Part shown: positions 49,088 through 62,065 of the stretch, in pieces
How positions within the stretch are numbered: position 1 is the stretch's first letter
Layout of the letters: each line of letters starts with the position of its first letter
From: Mobula hypostoma
Taxonomy: Eukaryota
Direction: 5' to 3'
Assembly (NCBI RefSeq): GCF_963921235.1
Contig: NC_086097.1
Span: 55,244,001 to 55,308,000, forward strand
DNA: 64,000 bases
The notes under the pieces: generated by a model
Database searches by the model: none
Seen by the model: the letters and a program-made list of their open reading frames with translations, nothing else
Told to the model about the DNA's origin: nothing
Made by a program: the position numbers and the translations under genes

Positions 49088-50643
49088 CTGTGCCTTTAGA
49101 AATTATTCACCCTCCCCCCCAGAAGTTTTCATGTTTTACAACACTGAATCACAAGTGGACTTAATTTAGTTTTTTGGACACTGATCAACAGAAAAAGGCT
49201 CTTTCATGTCAAAGTGAAAATACATCTCTACAAAGTGATCGATGTTAATTAGAACTATAAGACACAAAATAATTGATTGCATAAATATTCCCTTGAATAT
49301 GACACACCAAATTATCACTGGTCCAGCCAATTGATTGTAGAATTCACGTCATTAGCTACATAGAGACCTGGGTGCAGTGTAAGGGTTCCAATTGATCATA
49401 GTAAAAATACACCTGTATCTGGAAGGTCCAACTGCTGGTGAGTCAGTATCCTGGCAAAAACTATAGCATGGAGACTTCAAGCAACTGCTTGAAAAGGTTA
49501 TTGGAAAGCACAAGTCAGGAGATGGATACAAGAAAATTTCAAGCAAGAAATGGAAAGAATATGGTGCAGCTGTAAATCTGCCTAGAGCAGGCCGTCCTCA
49601 AAAACTGAGTGACCGTGCAAGAAGGGGACTAGTGAGGGAGGCTACCAAGAGACCTATGACAACTCTGGAAGAGTCACAAGCTTCAGCGGTGGTGATGGGA
49701 GAGACTGCACTTACGACAACTGTTGCCTGGGTGCTTCACCAGTTACAACTTTATGGGAGAGTGGCAAAGAGAAAGACACTGTTGAAAAAAACTTCATTGA
49801 AATCTCGGCTAGAGTTTGCCGGAAGACGTGAAGGTGACTCTGAAGTCAGCTGGAAGAAGGTTCTATGGTCTGATGAAACGAAAATTGAGCTTTCTGGCCA
49901 TCATATTAAGCGCTATGTTTCAGGTAAGCCAAACACCACACATCATCAAAAACATACCATCCCAACTGTGAAGCATGGTGGTGGCTGCATTATACTGTGG
50001 AGATGCTTCACTGCAGCAGGCCCTGGAAGGCTTGTGAAGGTAGAAGGTAAAATGGTTGCAGCAAAATACAGGGAAATCTTGAAGCAAAACATGACGCAGT
50101 CTGCAAGAGAACTGCAACTCTGGAGGAGATTTGTTTTCCAGCAAGACAATGACCCTGAGCGTAAAAGCCAAAGCTACACAGGAATGGCTGAAAAACAATA
50201 AAGTCAATGTCCTGGGATGGCCAAGTCAGAGTCCAGACCTCAATACAACTGACAACGTGCGAATGGACTTCAAAAGGTCCCCGTGCAATCAGACAGAACT
50301 TGAGCATTTTTGTAAAGAAGAATGGGAAAAATTGCTGTGTCCGGATGTGCAAAGCTGATAAGAGACCTATCCACACAGATTCAAGGCTGTAATTGCTGCC
50401 AAAGGTACATCTAATAAATACTGACTTGAAGGGGAGGGGATACTTATGCAATCAATTAGTTTTGTTTTATATTTGTAATTAATTTAGATCACTTTGTAGA
50501 GATCTGTTTTTGCTTTGACACAAAAGGGTCTTTTTCTGTTGATCAGTGTCAAAAAAAAAGCCAAATTAAATCACTGTGATTCAGTGTTGTAAAACAACAA
50601 AACAAGAAAACCGAAGGGGGGTGAATTCTTTTTACAAGCACTG
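49088..50643 (+). mobile_element. Tc1 transposon with ~200-bp TIRs and a defective transposase
   Basis: TA-flanked; inverted repeats ~49088-49295 and ~50435-50643; WSDETK, VKHGGG, FQQDNDP, WPSQSPDLN. Confidence 0.92.
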
Positions 50644-50724
50644 TATATTCAGATTGTCAACTCTTGGAAGTTCTAAAACAATTTGTAATATTATGGAAAA
50701 AAAGGTACAGTCTTGGCGATAAAA

Positions 50725-51082
50725 TTTGGATTCTGGGAAACCTGTAAATGATTCTCCATGCTCGAGATATTTTAAAGGAAGGGTAGAAAGGCATCATTTG
50801 TGTGAGCAGCATAGGCAGTTTTGTCCTGTGAAATGCACATATTTCACTATTAATGCCTATTAATTCAAAACAATAAGGTAAATGGCTTTAGGGTGTGCAA
50901 TCATTGGGAATTTTGAGAAATTTGTAGAAGATTCTTCATTGCCCAGATATTTTACAGAACGTTAGGAACACATCATTTGAGTGACCAGAACAGGCAGTTT
51001 TGTCCTATGAATTTGATACATTCACTATTAATGTTCACTAATGCAAGGCAATGAGGTGAATGGTTTTAGTGCATTGCATTCC
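50725..51082. repeat. Diverged tandem duplication, period ~179 bp
   Basis: CATCATTTG...AGGCAGTTTTGTCCT...TTCACTATTAATG recurs at 50792 and 50971. Confidence 0.75.
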
Positions 51083-51693
51083 CTGCTCCAAAGCTGCAGT
51101 AAAGTAAACCAAGACATTTGATATCTTTTCATTTCTTGGAGTTATGTTTTGCTTCTATATATGCACATATGACTGGATGAAGCCTGCTCACAGAACAAAA
51201 CAAAATCATTGGCAACACAGTCATACTTTCATTCTATGTGCTCGTGAAGGTCCATTAGATTAGTTCATAGTAGATTTATATAGCCTCATCCAAAGATGTG
51301 ACAGGGTTTAACTAATTGAGACTGACTAAGAACTCTTGTATATAGAGGTATTTATTTGAGGGACAACATTATTGATATTTTAGGGGCATTTAATAGTCAA
51401 AGATTTCACACAACATAGAATTCAGGACATTTAAATATTTGTTTGGCAATGGAGTAATTTGCAAACAAACTTCACTGACAACTAAAATGGATAATTTCCA
51501 CGTTTCCAACTAAAAAGAAACAATTACAAGGAAAAAAAGTGAAACATGAAGGTATGCTAGTCAAAATATAAAAGAGAATGCCAAAAGCTGTTTCAGGTAC
51601 AGTGCATAAACAGTAAAAGGACACTGGACTGCTGAAAAATGATGCTGGGGAAGTAGTAACTGGGAACAAAGAAATAGTGGACAAATTGAATTA

Positions 51694-52943
51694 CAGTGGT
51701 GCTAGAAAGTTTATGAACCCTGTAACATTTTCTCTACTTCTGTTTAAGTATGACCTAAAATGTGATCAGATATGCACACGCAAGTCCTAAAACAAGATAA
51801 AGAGAACCTTTGTATGTGAACCTTTGCTTTCGTTAACTGGTGTGGCCCCCTTGTTACAGCAATAACTTCAATCAAACGTTTCCAGTAACTGTTGATCAGT
51901 TCTGCATGTTGGCTTGGGGGAATTTTAGGCCTTTCCTTGGTACAAAACTGCTTCAACTCTGGGATGTTGGTGGGCTTCCTTTCATGAACTGCTTGCTTCA
52001 GGTCCTTCCACAATTTTTTTATACGATTAAGGCCAGGACTTTCACTCGACCATTCCAAAACATGAATTTTCTTCTTTTTAAACCATTCTGTTGTTGATAT
52101 GCATTTCTGCCAAAAAGTTCAACTTTTGTCTCATCTGTCCACAGAACATTGTCCCAGAAACATTGTGGAACAACCAGGTAGTCTTTTGCAAACTTGAGAC
52201 GTGCAGCAATGTTTTTTTTTTTGGAGAGCCATGGTTTCCTCCATGGTGTCCTTCCATGAGCACCATTCTTGTTCAGTGTTTTTGTTAATATAGTGGACAC
52301 ATGAACAGAGACTTCAGCAAGATCTAGAGATCTCTGCAGGTCCTTTTCTATTCCCCTTGAATTCTTTTTCACCTCCTTCAGCATTGTACGTTGTGCTGTT
52401 GGTGTGGTCTTTGCAGGATGCCCACTCCTGGGGAGAGTAGCAACAGTACTGAGTATCCTCCAACTGTAGACAAATTCTTACTGCGGACTGATGTACACTC
52501 AGGTATTTTTGCAGTTTTTTCCAGCTTCATGCACCTCTACAACTCTTCTTCTAAGATCCTCTGAAAGTTGTTTTACACATAAATATATCTTTCTTGAGAA
52601 GAGCAGGCTCTGTCAGTAACCTGACTTTGTATGCTTTTTTTAAATAGGACAGGGCACCTCTACAACTCACATCTCGAATCTCATCTCATTAATTGGAACA
52701 CTTGACTCCAAATAGCTTTTGTAGAAGACATTACCCCAGAGGTTCACATATATTTTCCAACAAATACATGTAATTTTGGATCACTTTTCTCAAAAAATAA
52801 ATGAACAGTTTTTTGTGTTATCTATTTAATTGAGTTCTCTATCTAACTTTAGGACTTGTGTGAAGATCTAATCACATTTTAGGTCATATTTATGCAGAAA
52901 TAGAGAAAATTATACAGGGTTCACAAACTTTCTAGCACCACTA
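51694..52943 (-). mobile_element. Tc1 transposon, internally deleted, inserted in a CR1
   Basis: TIRs CAGTGGTGCTAGAAAGTTT / AAACTTTCTAGCACCACT with TA TSD; WTDETKVELFG, WSSESPGLNRIKKLW. Confidence 0.9.
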
Positions 52944-52944
52944 T

Positions 52945-54555
52945 AAATGTTTTGCTTCAGATTTCGCTGTAGAAAACACCAGCAGTTTGGCAGAAATTCA
53001 GGTGTCAGGGCAGAAGTGAGTGTAGTCACTATTACTGAGGAGTCATATCTGGGGAAACTGAAAGGTCTGAAGGTAGATAAGTCACCTGGATCAGATGGAC
53101 TACACCCCAGGGTTCTGAAAGAGGTAGCTGAAGAGATTGTGGAAGCAGTAGTAGTAGTAGTAGTGATCTTTCAAGAATCACTAGATTCTGGAATGGTTTC
53201 AGAGGACTGAGAAAACATAAATGCTACTCCTTGAGAACGGAGGGAGGCAAAAGACAGGGAATTAGGGGCCAGTTAACCTAACCTTCATGGTTAGTTAGAT
53301 GTTGGAGTCTATTATTAAGGATGAGGTTTTGGGGTATTTAGAGGCACATGAATAAAATAGGAAAAAAATGACATGGTTTCCTTAAAGGGAAATTTTGCCT
53401 GACAAATCAGTTGGAATTCATCAAGGAAATAACAGGCAAGTTTGACAAAGGGGAGTCAGTGGATGTTGTTTACTTGGATCTTCAGAAGGCCTTTGACAAG
53501 GTGCCACACAAGACTGCTTAACAAGATGAGTGTCTCACAGGAAAGGTACTAGCATGGACAGAAGTTTGGCTGACTGGCATGAGGCAAAGAATGGGAATAA
53601 AGGGGTGCTTTAATGGATGGCTTCTGGTGACTAGTCAAGTTCCGCAGAGGTCAGTGTTGGCGCCGCTACTTTTCACGTTAGATGTTAATGATCTAGATGA
53701 CAGAATTGATCAAATAGATGATACAAAGATAGATAGATAGATAGGCAGGTAATGTTGAGGAAGCAGGTTGTCTGCAGAAGAATATAGACATATTGGGAGA
53801 ATGGGTGAAGAAGTGGCAGATGGAATACAGTGTAAGGAAGTGTATAGTCTTGTACTTTGGTGGAAGCATAGCATATTTCCTAAATGGAGAGCAAAGGGAT
53901 TTGGAAGTCCTAGTGCAGGATTCCCTAAAGGTTAACTTGTAGGTTGAGTTAACTTAGGTTAACTAAGGAAGGCAAATGCAATGATACCATTCATTTTGAG
54001 TGTGCTAGAATATAAAAGCAAGGATGTATTACTGAGGCTTTTTCAAGGCATTGGTCAGAACACAGTATTAGAGTATTAGGAACGGTTTGAGGTCCCATAT
54101 CATTGGATGGAATGATCCTAGAAATGAAAGGGTTAATGCACAAGGAGCATTTGAAAACTCTGGTCTTGTACTTCTAGAGTTTAGTAGAATGAAGGGGGAA
54201 TCTCATTGAAACCTGTTGAATATTGACTTGGAGAGGATGTTTCCATTGGTGGGAGAGCCTAGGGCTAGAGGATACAGCCTCAGAATACATTAATAGCCCT
54301 TTAGAACAGAGATTAGGAGGAATTCATTTAGCTGGAGAGTGTGAATCTGTAGAATTCATTGCCACAGGTGGCTCTGGGAGCCAAGTCACTGGGTCTTTTT
54401 AAAGAGGAGCTTGATAGGTTCTTGATCAGCAATGGTGTCAAAAGTTACAGTGAGAAGGCAGGAGAATGGGATTGAGATTGGGATTGATAAATCAACCCCA
54501 GTCTGGGAGCCAACTCAGTGGATCAATGGCCCAATTTTCCTCCCATGTCTTATTG
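52945..54555 (+). mobile_element. Degraded CR1 LINE (5' piece at ~51500-51692)
   Basis: KSPGSDGLHPRVLKE and VDVVYLDLQKAFDKVPH remnants; CR1 3' end. Confidence 0.85.
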
Positions 54556-55074
54556 TCGTGTATGGTAAATCATGATCTTTAACATATTGCAATGTTATTG
54601 ATGCATGACAACATTAAAAATTATTTCAAATAAACATGCTAATTGTTCCTAAATATGGTAAACAGATAAAATTTTATCCTGCAGTATGTAATTCTTTGAA
54701 GATCAGCAGCAAAGTGATTCTTGGTTGGCCCGGTGCTCTGTGCTGGCATATGCAGCGACTTTTCTCATCTGTTTTGGATCTCGGAATTGTAAGTGTGCTG
54801 TTACAACCAGATACCATGGGAAAAGCCTTTGGCTCTGGTCCCCTTGTGGGGACACATAAAAGCTTTGAATTATTTCTTCGCGTTAATTTATTTTTTTAGT
54901 AATGGACATTGGGCAGTTCTTCTTTTAATCCATCTAAATAATCCTAGCCTGAGCTGAAATAAATAAAAAATGCTGGAAATAGTCATCAGATAAATTAGCA
55001 CCAATAAAGAGCCATTTTAGATTGATGAACCGTCATCAGAATTTTGAACGGCAGAATATATACAGCAATCTGTT

Positions 55075-55502
55075 GACTATATTTCATTAGGAATTTAAGG
55101 AAACTTGGTATGTCACCAAAGATTCTTGTAAATTTCTAAGGTCATATCCTGGAGAGCATTGTAACTGGTTGCATCACCGTCTGGTCTGGAGGGGCCACTG
55201 CACAGGATCGGAAGAAGCTGCAGAAAGTTGTCAACTCAGCCAGCTCCATCATGGGCACTGGCCTCCCCAGCAACAGCAAAAAGGCAGCATCCATCTTTAA
55301 GAACCCCCATCACTCGGGGCATGGCGTCTTCTCATTGCTACCGTCGAGGAGGAGGTACAGGAACCTGAAGCCACGCACTCAGTGTTTTGGGAACAGTGTC
55401 TTCCCCTCCGCCATCAGATTGCTGAATGGACATTGAACCCAAGTACACTACCTCATTAATTTATTATCTTTTGCTCTCTTTTTTCACTATTTAATTTTGC
55501 AC

Positions 55503-55536
<34 letters not shown>

Positions 55537-55665
55537 CATACACTCATATGCACATACTGTATATATTTGTTATTGTAATTCATAGTTTTTTAAATTATGT
55601 ATTGCGATGAACTGCTGAAACAACATTATTCACAGCATATGCCAATGTTATTAAACCTGATTCTG
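55075..55665 (+). mobile_element. Rex1-type LINE 3' fragment with a (TG)n microsatellite at ~55503-55527
   Basis: KNPHHSGHGVFSLLPSRRRYR; ATTAAACCTGATTCTG tail. Confidence 0.8.
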
Positions 55666-55983
55666 GTTAAAATCAATGGTAGGAAAAGTAGTAGAATCTT
55701 GATTAAAGAGAATGTATAAGTATAATAAATTGAGAATGGATCTCAAAACAACATTTTAACAATTAGTCTCAAAGAATACTTTGAAGAGGTAAGAGGGAGA
55801 GAGCAGTTAAGAGTAATGGAGTAGTTGGCTTTTATTTTCCATGTTTATGATGGGATTGTGCTTTGGTAACATGTCATACATAACAATTAATGAGCATGTA
55901 GAGAGAGGGGAATGATAAAAGTATGGATTGCTATCTGGTTACAAAACGGAATGGCGTGTAAGAGTAAAAAGTTCCTTTTCAGA

Positions 55984-56325
55984 CAACACACATCAAAGTC
56001 GCTGGTGAACACAGCAGGCCAGGCAGCATCTCTAGGAAGAGGTACAGTCGACGTTTCGGGCCGAGACCCTTCGTCAGGACTAACTGAAGGAAGAGTGAGT
56101 AAGAGATTTGAAAGTGGGAGAGGGAGGGGGAGATCCAAAATGATAGGAGAATACAGGAGGGGGAGGGATGGAGCCAGAGCTGGACAGGTGATTGGCAAAG
56201 GGGATACGAGAGGATCATGGGACAGGAGGTCCGGGGAGAAAGAAAGGGGGAGGGGGGAAGCCCAGAGGATGGGCAAGGAGTATAGTGGGGGGGACAGAGG
56301 GAGAAAAAGGACAGAGAGAAAAAGA

Positions 56326-56366
<41 letters not shown>

Positions 56367-56920
56367 ATAAATAAATAATGGATGGGGTATGAGGGGGAGG
56401 TGGGGCATTAACGGAAGTTAGAGAACTCAATGTTCATGCCATCAGGTTGGAGGCTACCCAGACGGAATATAAGGTGTTGTTTCTCCAACCTGAGTGTGGC
56501 TTCATCTTGACAGTAGAGGAGGCCGTGGATAGACATGTCAGAATGGGAATGGGACATGGAATTAAAATGTGTTGCCACTGGGAGATCCTGCTTTCTCTGG
56601 CAGATAGAGCGTAGGTGTTCAGCGAAACGGTCTCCCAGTCTGCGTCGGGTCTCGCCAATATATAGAAGGCTGCATCGGGAGCACCGGACGCAGTATATCA
56701 CCCCAGCCGACTCACAGGTGAAGTGTCGCCTCACCTGGAAGGACTGTCTGGGGCCCTGAATGGTAGTGAGGGAGGAAGTGTAAGGGCATATGTAGCACTT
56801 GTTCTGCTTACAAGGATAAGTGCTGGGAGGGAGATCGGTGGGGAGGGATGGGGGGGACGAATGGACAAGGGAGTCACATAGGGAGCGATCCCTGTGGAAA
56901 GCAGAGGTGGGGAGGGAAAC
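55984..56920 (-). mobile_element. Penelope-like element 3' fragment with GIY-YIG ORF (56408-56734) and (TA)n tract
   Basis: GVIYCVRCSRCSLLYIGETRRRLGDRFAEH; TSD TCCTTTTCAGA at 55973-55983 and 56921-56931. Confidence 0.9.
56045..56082 (-). ncRNA. Minimal type I hammerhead ribozyme motif (best-preserved copy)
   Basis: Minus strand: UAGUC CUGACGA AGGGUCUCGGCCC GAAACGUC GACUG. Confidence 0.8.
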
Positions 56921-58217
56921 TCCTTTTCAGAGTTTCAAATGGAGGAAGTGGTACCTCATAGCATCATTGCTGCGACTGTGCATTCATAATTTTTACTAAT
57001 GAATGCGATTTTTGCAGTCAAAATCAACTTTTCTAAATTTGTGTATGACACAATTAGTGGTTGTCAGTTGTGATGAGGACTGGAACAGGCATGTTATTGG
57101 CAAATAAATGTTAACACATTAAATTTTAGTGAGAATTTAAAAAGAACTTAAAGAGATCTCTGATTACAAATACACAAATAATGATAAGTTGTAATACAGT
57201 TCAACTGGACCATAAATGTAAAGCAAACACTACTTTATTTCTAGAGAGAACTGGAAACTTTGCTGAACTGTTAATAAACCTTTAAGATTGTGCATGGAGT
57301 AGTATGTAGAGTTCTTATTACTAAAAGTGAAAAATGAGGCAGGTTCTCCAATATTTTCTTGAATAGGTATGGCTGAGCTGTTATTTGATTAGAATCTTTA
57401 AAACCACAAGAGGCTGAAAAAGTAGATACAAAATGTGTGCTTCCATTTATAGAGGACAGCAACCAAATAGAAGGCTCAGGCAAGATGTCTTTGCTCCTAC
57501 TGCTGGAATTGTGGAACTTGTATCTGTGGGGAGAGATGGTACAGTATAACTGAATGTAAGGGGAGCCTTACATGCATTTATACTGTACAGCCAAGTGGCA
57601 CTTAATTAAAAAGAGAGAAATGCCCTAATACAGAATTAAGCTGTGCATCTTATACCATTAAATATAATCCAAATATTATTTTCAGAAAATTGTTAATTGG
57701 GTCATAATATCACTAACCATCTTAAAAATAACCCTTTAGTGCTTTGGATGAATTTATAAATTAGTTATTCTATATTGATACTGTCAACTTAGCTCTTTTT
57801 CAGAATGGTGTATGATTGCTGGAATAACTATTTTGAAATGAATATCATAATTTGTCACTCCATCATGATTATAGATCATTTGTTAAGATTGATCCGATCT
57901 AAGTTCCCTCAAGTGTAACCCAAAGCATCTGTTAAAAATGCATTAAATCAAATGATGGACTAGAACAGCCAACAAATTCTTTAATAATTCATAATTTCTC
58001 ACTATAAAAGATTTAATACTACATGCAGAATTGATTAGTGTGTAAACAAAATGACAAGCTGATGATCCATCTTGAATCAGCTGTAGAAAATATCAGGCTA
58101 CATTGGGCTCGTGACAACATAAAACAATTAAACTAACACTGGCCTGCAATTTCCTGGAATGAGAAGTATATTTGACCTGGAGCACCATAGCAATGAGAAT
58201 TTGTACTTCTAGGTTGC

Positions 58218-58956
58218 TGTACGATAAGGATATGCCCCAAGACATTTGATAGCTACCAACAGGCAAAACTTACACACACATGTGAGGGGATCCAGGAGTG
58301 CCCCTATTAGCTGTTTGAAGAGAGACAGAGACAGACATTCATCATTGATGGTTTGTTTGGAAAGGAGAGAGAGAGAGACGAAGATCAACAGTTGGACTGT
58401 CACTTTAAGGCATTGGAAGTAACTTTGGGTTTTTAATGAGTTGGAGTTGGAGACAGCACCGAGCAGCTCGTAAGTTGCTATGGTGACCGAAGGTGGTGTT
58501 ATTTAATGGACACTCAATATTATGATTTTCAGCAGGTTGTTGATATTTCTTCAAGGACTTGTTGCCTGCTTGTGCATTTCTTCACAGACAAAGGAAGGAG
58601 GGACTCTTTGCATGGCAGGTGATGCTCAGCCTGGTGAAATAAATGGGAGGTCAGATGATACAGACCTCAGACACATGATCTGGACACTGAATGAGCATTG
58701 TTGTGCCCGCAGAGAAAGTGGGTTTTGGAGGATCGATCAAGCGGATCCATCCAAATTGCTATTCCAACGTAGGAGAAGGGGTTGACTGGTGGGGAGTTGT
58801 CTGTGTGTCCACCCTCGCCGGGGTGATAGCTCCACCACAGGAAAACCGGTCCCCCTGGTTAAAGTCACAGTCGGTGACTTGTAAAGGATTTCGGAGGACA
58901 ACGAGAAGATCGACGGCATCAGCTCACCTGAGAACTCAACTAACTAACTAACTCTC

Positions 58957-58996
<40 letters not shown>

Positions 58997-59273
58997 ACTA
59001 CTCAACTAAATACCACGAACTGAACTGAACTTTACTCAACATCGTAAGACTGTATCTTTTTACCCCTAGACTTAAAAAAACTTGGTTTTTCATATATATA
59101 TATATTCCATACTGACTTTTATATATATTCATTGCTAACCTGTTTGATTTATCTACATTTAGATTACTGTATTGCATAGTTACTAATAAATATTATTAGT
59201 TTATAGCAATACGGGACTCCAAAGTGGTTTCTATTTCTGCTGGTTCTTTATCCCCGTCACGGGGTACGTGACA
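58218..59273 (+). mobile_element. Probable ~1 kb solo LTR
   Basis: TGTACG...CGTGACA ends, (CT)n tract, AATAAA at ~59185 near the 3' end; no matching TSD found and left boundary uncertain. Confidence 0.5.
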
Positions 59274-60546
59274 CACAAAACACTGGAGGAACTCAGTATT
59301 GATGGAGGAGAATAAACTGTTGCTAATTTCAAGTGAGACCCTACATAAGTAACCTTAACCTTACCTCCACAATACCCCTTAACACTATCATAGCCTTGTC
59401 TTTGATTCTGTCTATTTTAACACTAAGGTCTTGAATGTCTACATTGCATAGTATAATTTTCATGTATCATTTATATATATAATCTATATTCGGTATAGTT
59501 CTCTGTCCCTATGTGCCTACGACACTGCTGCAGACAAGATTTTTATACTGTACATCACCATACTCGTGCTCGTGACAATAAACTGGACTTGGTATCCCCT
59601 GTAAATCTTGTTCCCTTATCCTAAGTGTATGGCCTCTATTTTTATCTACCTCTGAGTGAAGCGTTTCCTACAGACTATTCCTCAAAGAAAAACATGATGA
59701 GAAACAGATTATCTGATCCTTCATCAGGTTGCTGATTGTGGGAATTGTGGGAACTTGCATTATAAAAGTGAATACCACTCAAAACACTGATACCTTGAGG
59801 CTACGAAAGCAGCAATTTAAACTCAAAGCCTTTCAAATGGCATGGCATTAACTTAAGTTGTTCTGTTTCATTGAATCAGGCTGCGATCAGGTTAGTTTTC
59901 ATTTTTAAAACTATTTTGTCCAATTTGAATTTCTGTGAACCGGTGTTCAATTTTCGTCTTTCCCAATGATCATATTACTAAAGTAGATTTTCCTCCAGTG
60001 ATGAATAAAGGACACTATTCATTCTCAAAAATGTGCTTTCCCACAGACTATGGGCTAATGCAGTGAAACATATGGTCACCTTAAATCTATTTGAATATTG
60101 AGTCTTCTGTAGGGGTCTTGGATCTAGGTTAACAAATCTGAAAATGGCAAACCGCCAAGCAACTAAATTGAAGAATCTGTGCCTGAAGCAAGCAATGCTT
60201 GAGGGGGGAATTGGAGGTTAGAACGTTGAATTAAATGTGAAATGATGTACAGTAGAGAGTGCAAATACAGAAAAAAGATACAAATGAGTGATAAATGAGA
60301 CAAAGAAAAAGTTTGTTTTATTTTATCTCCAACCGTAATTGAATATGAAACTCCATGGTTACAAAAGCAAAATTTCAGTGCATGCGGAACACTTTGGCAG
60401 TAATTAAGATTTATCGCGCTATTAAAAATTTACTCACCTGTAAGCTTCAGAGATGGTAACTATTTTCACCAGACACCTCAAGGTACTGGAGAGGCATCAT
60501 CAATCCTGAGTCTTCAAAATCCTATAACTCATTGCAACAAAGTATG

Positions 60547-60784
60547 TGTGGTAAACCATATATATATATGTTGTAACTGGGTTAACTGTCTGGACACACC
60601 CCTCTGCTGACTGCCCCTGTGGCTCCTCCCACAGTGCCCTGAATAAAGGCGATTGCGCCATTGCTCCTCCTCCCTCAGTCCAGGGGCAGATACTCAGCAT
60701 GCTGGAGGTCACATTTTACTGCTAATAAAAGCCTTTCAGTATTTACTCTACTTCCAGTCTTTTGGAGTTATTGATGGTGCATCA
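60547..60784 (+). mobile_element. Solo LTR related to the Gypsy element at 41862-46305
   Basis: TGTGGTAAACCAT...GGTGCATCA, colinear with those LTRs; TSD GTATG/ATATG. Confidence 0.92.
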
Positions 60785-60853
60785 ATATGTTTATCTCCTG
60801 ACCAATATCTCCTGACCAATATCCCAAGTAATTATGCTTGACTAGCTCAGATG

Positions 60854-61297
60854 AGAAAGACTGGATCGACTAGGCTTATACTCGTTGGAATTTAGAAGAT
60901 TGAGGGGGGTATCTTATTGAAACGTATAAAATCCTAAAGGGATTGGACAGGCTAGATGCAGGAAGATTGTTCCCGATGTTGGGGAAGTCCAGAACGAGGG
61001 GTTACAGTTTGAGGATAAAGGGGAAGCCTTTTAGGACCGAGATGAGGAAAAACTTCTTCACACAGAGAGTGGTGAATCTGTGGAATTCTCTGCCACAGGA
61101 AACAGTTGAGGCCAGTTCATTGGCTATATTTAAGAGGGAGTTAGATATGGCCCTTGTGGCTAAAGGGATCAGGGGGTATGGAGGGAAGGCTGGTACAGGG
61201 TTCTGAGTTGGATAATCAGCCATGATCATACTGAACGGCGGTGCAGGCTCGAAGGGCCAAATGGCCTACTCCTGCACCTATTTTCTATGTTTCTATG
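60854..61297 (+). mobile_element. CR1 LINE 3' fragment, same young family as 38746-40190
   Basis: High identity to ~39745-40180; TTTCTATG tail. Confidence 0.92.
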
Positions 61298-61469
61298 AGT
61301 GGGCCACATTGTTGGCATAATTGACACCAGACTCCCCAACCTGATGCTTTGTCAAGAAATGATCAGGACATCTGAAACGCTTCACAGATGTTCTCAGAAA
61401 CCCCTTGATTGAAGAAATTGTTATATATCAATCTGGGAATCCCAGTCCCCAGACTCCTCAAAACAGGGC

Positions 61470-62065
61470 AATGAGGCCACTCTCAGGTTCAAAGAGCAAC
61501 ACCTCATATCTTGTCAGGGTAGTCTCCAACCTGATACGAACATTGATTTCTCTAACCTCCAGTAATTCTTTCCCCCTCCCCCTCCTCCCTTTTCCCTTCT
61601 ACCCTTCTCCCTTCCCCCACTTCTCCCTCACTCTCTCCTTTTTCCCCTCACCCCCTCCTTTCCCCGTCCCCTCTTCCCCTCCTCTTTTTCACCCATTTCC
61701 CCCTTCCATTGAGTACCCTCTTCTCCTCACCTGCCTATCACCTCCCCAGTGACCCTCTTCCTTTTCTTTCACCCATGGTCCACTCTCCTATCCTATCAGA
61801 TTCCATTTTCTTCCCTTTTCCACCTTATCACCTCCCAGCTTCTCACTTCATCCCCCCTTCTTCACCCCCCCCAAAACTGTCTTCACCTACCACCTTCCAG
61901 CTTGTACTGCTTCCCCTTCCCCCATTCCCCTGCGCTGTCTTAATCTGGCTTCTTCCCCCTCCTTTCCAGTACTGATGAAGAGTCTCGGCCTGAAACGTCA
62001 GCTGCTTATCCCTGTCCATCGATGCTGCCTGACCTGCAGAGTTCCTCCAGCATTTTGCATGTCTT
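61470..62065 (+). mobile_element. Degraded PLE 3' fragment with hammerhead core
   Basis: CTGATGA 61972-61978 and GAAACGTC 61992-61999; pyrimidine-rich pseudo-LTR. Confidence 0.75.
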
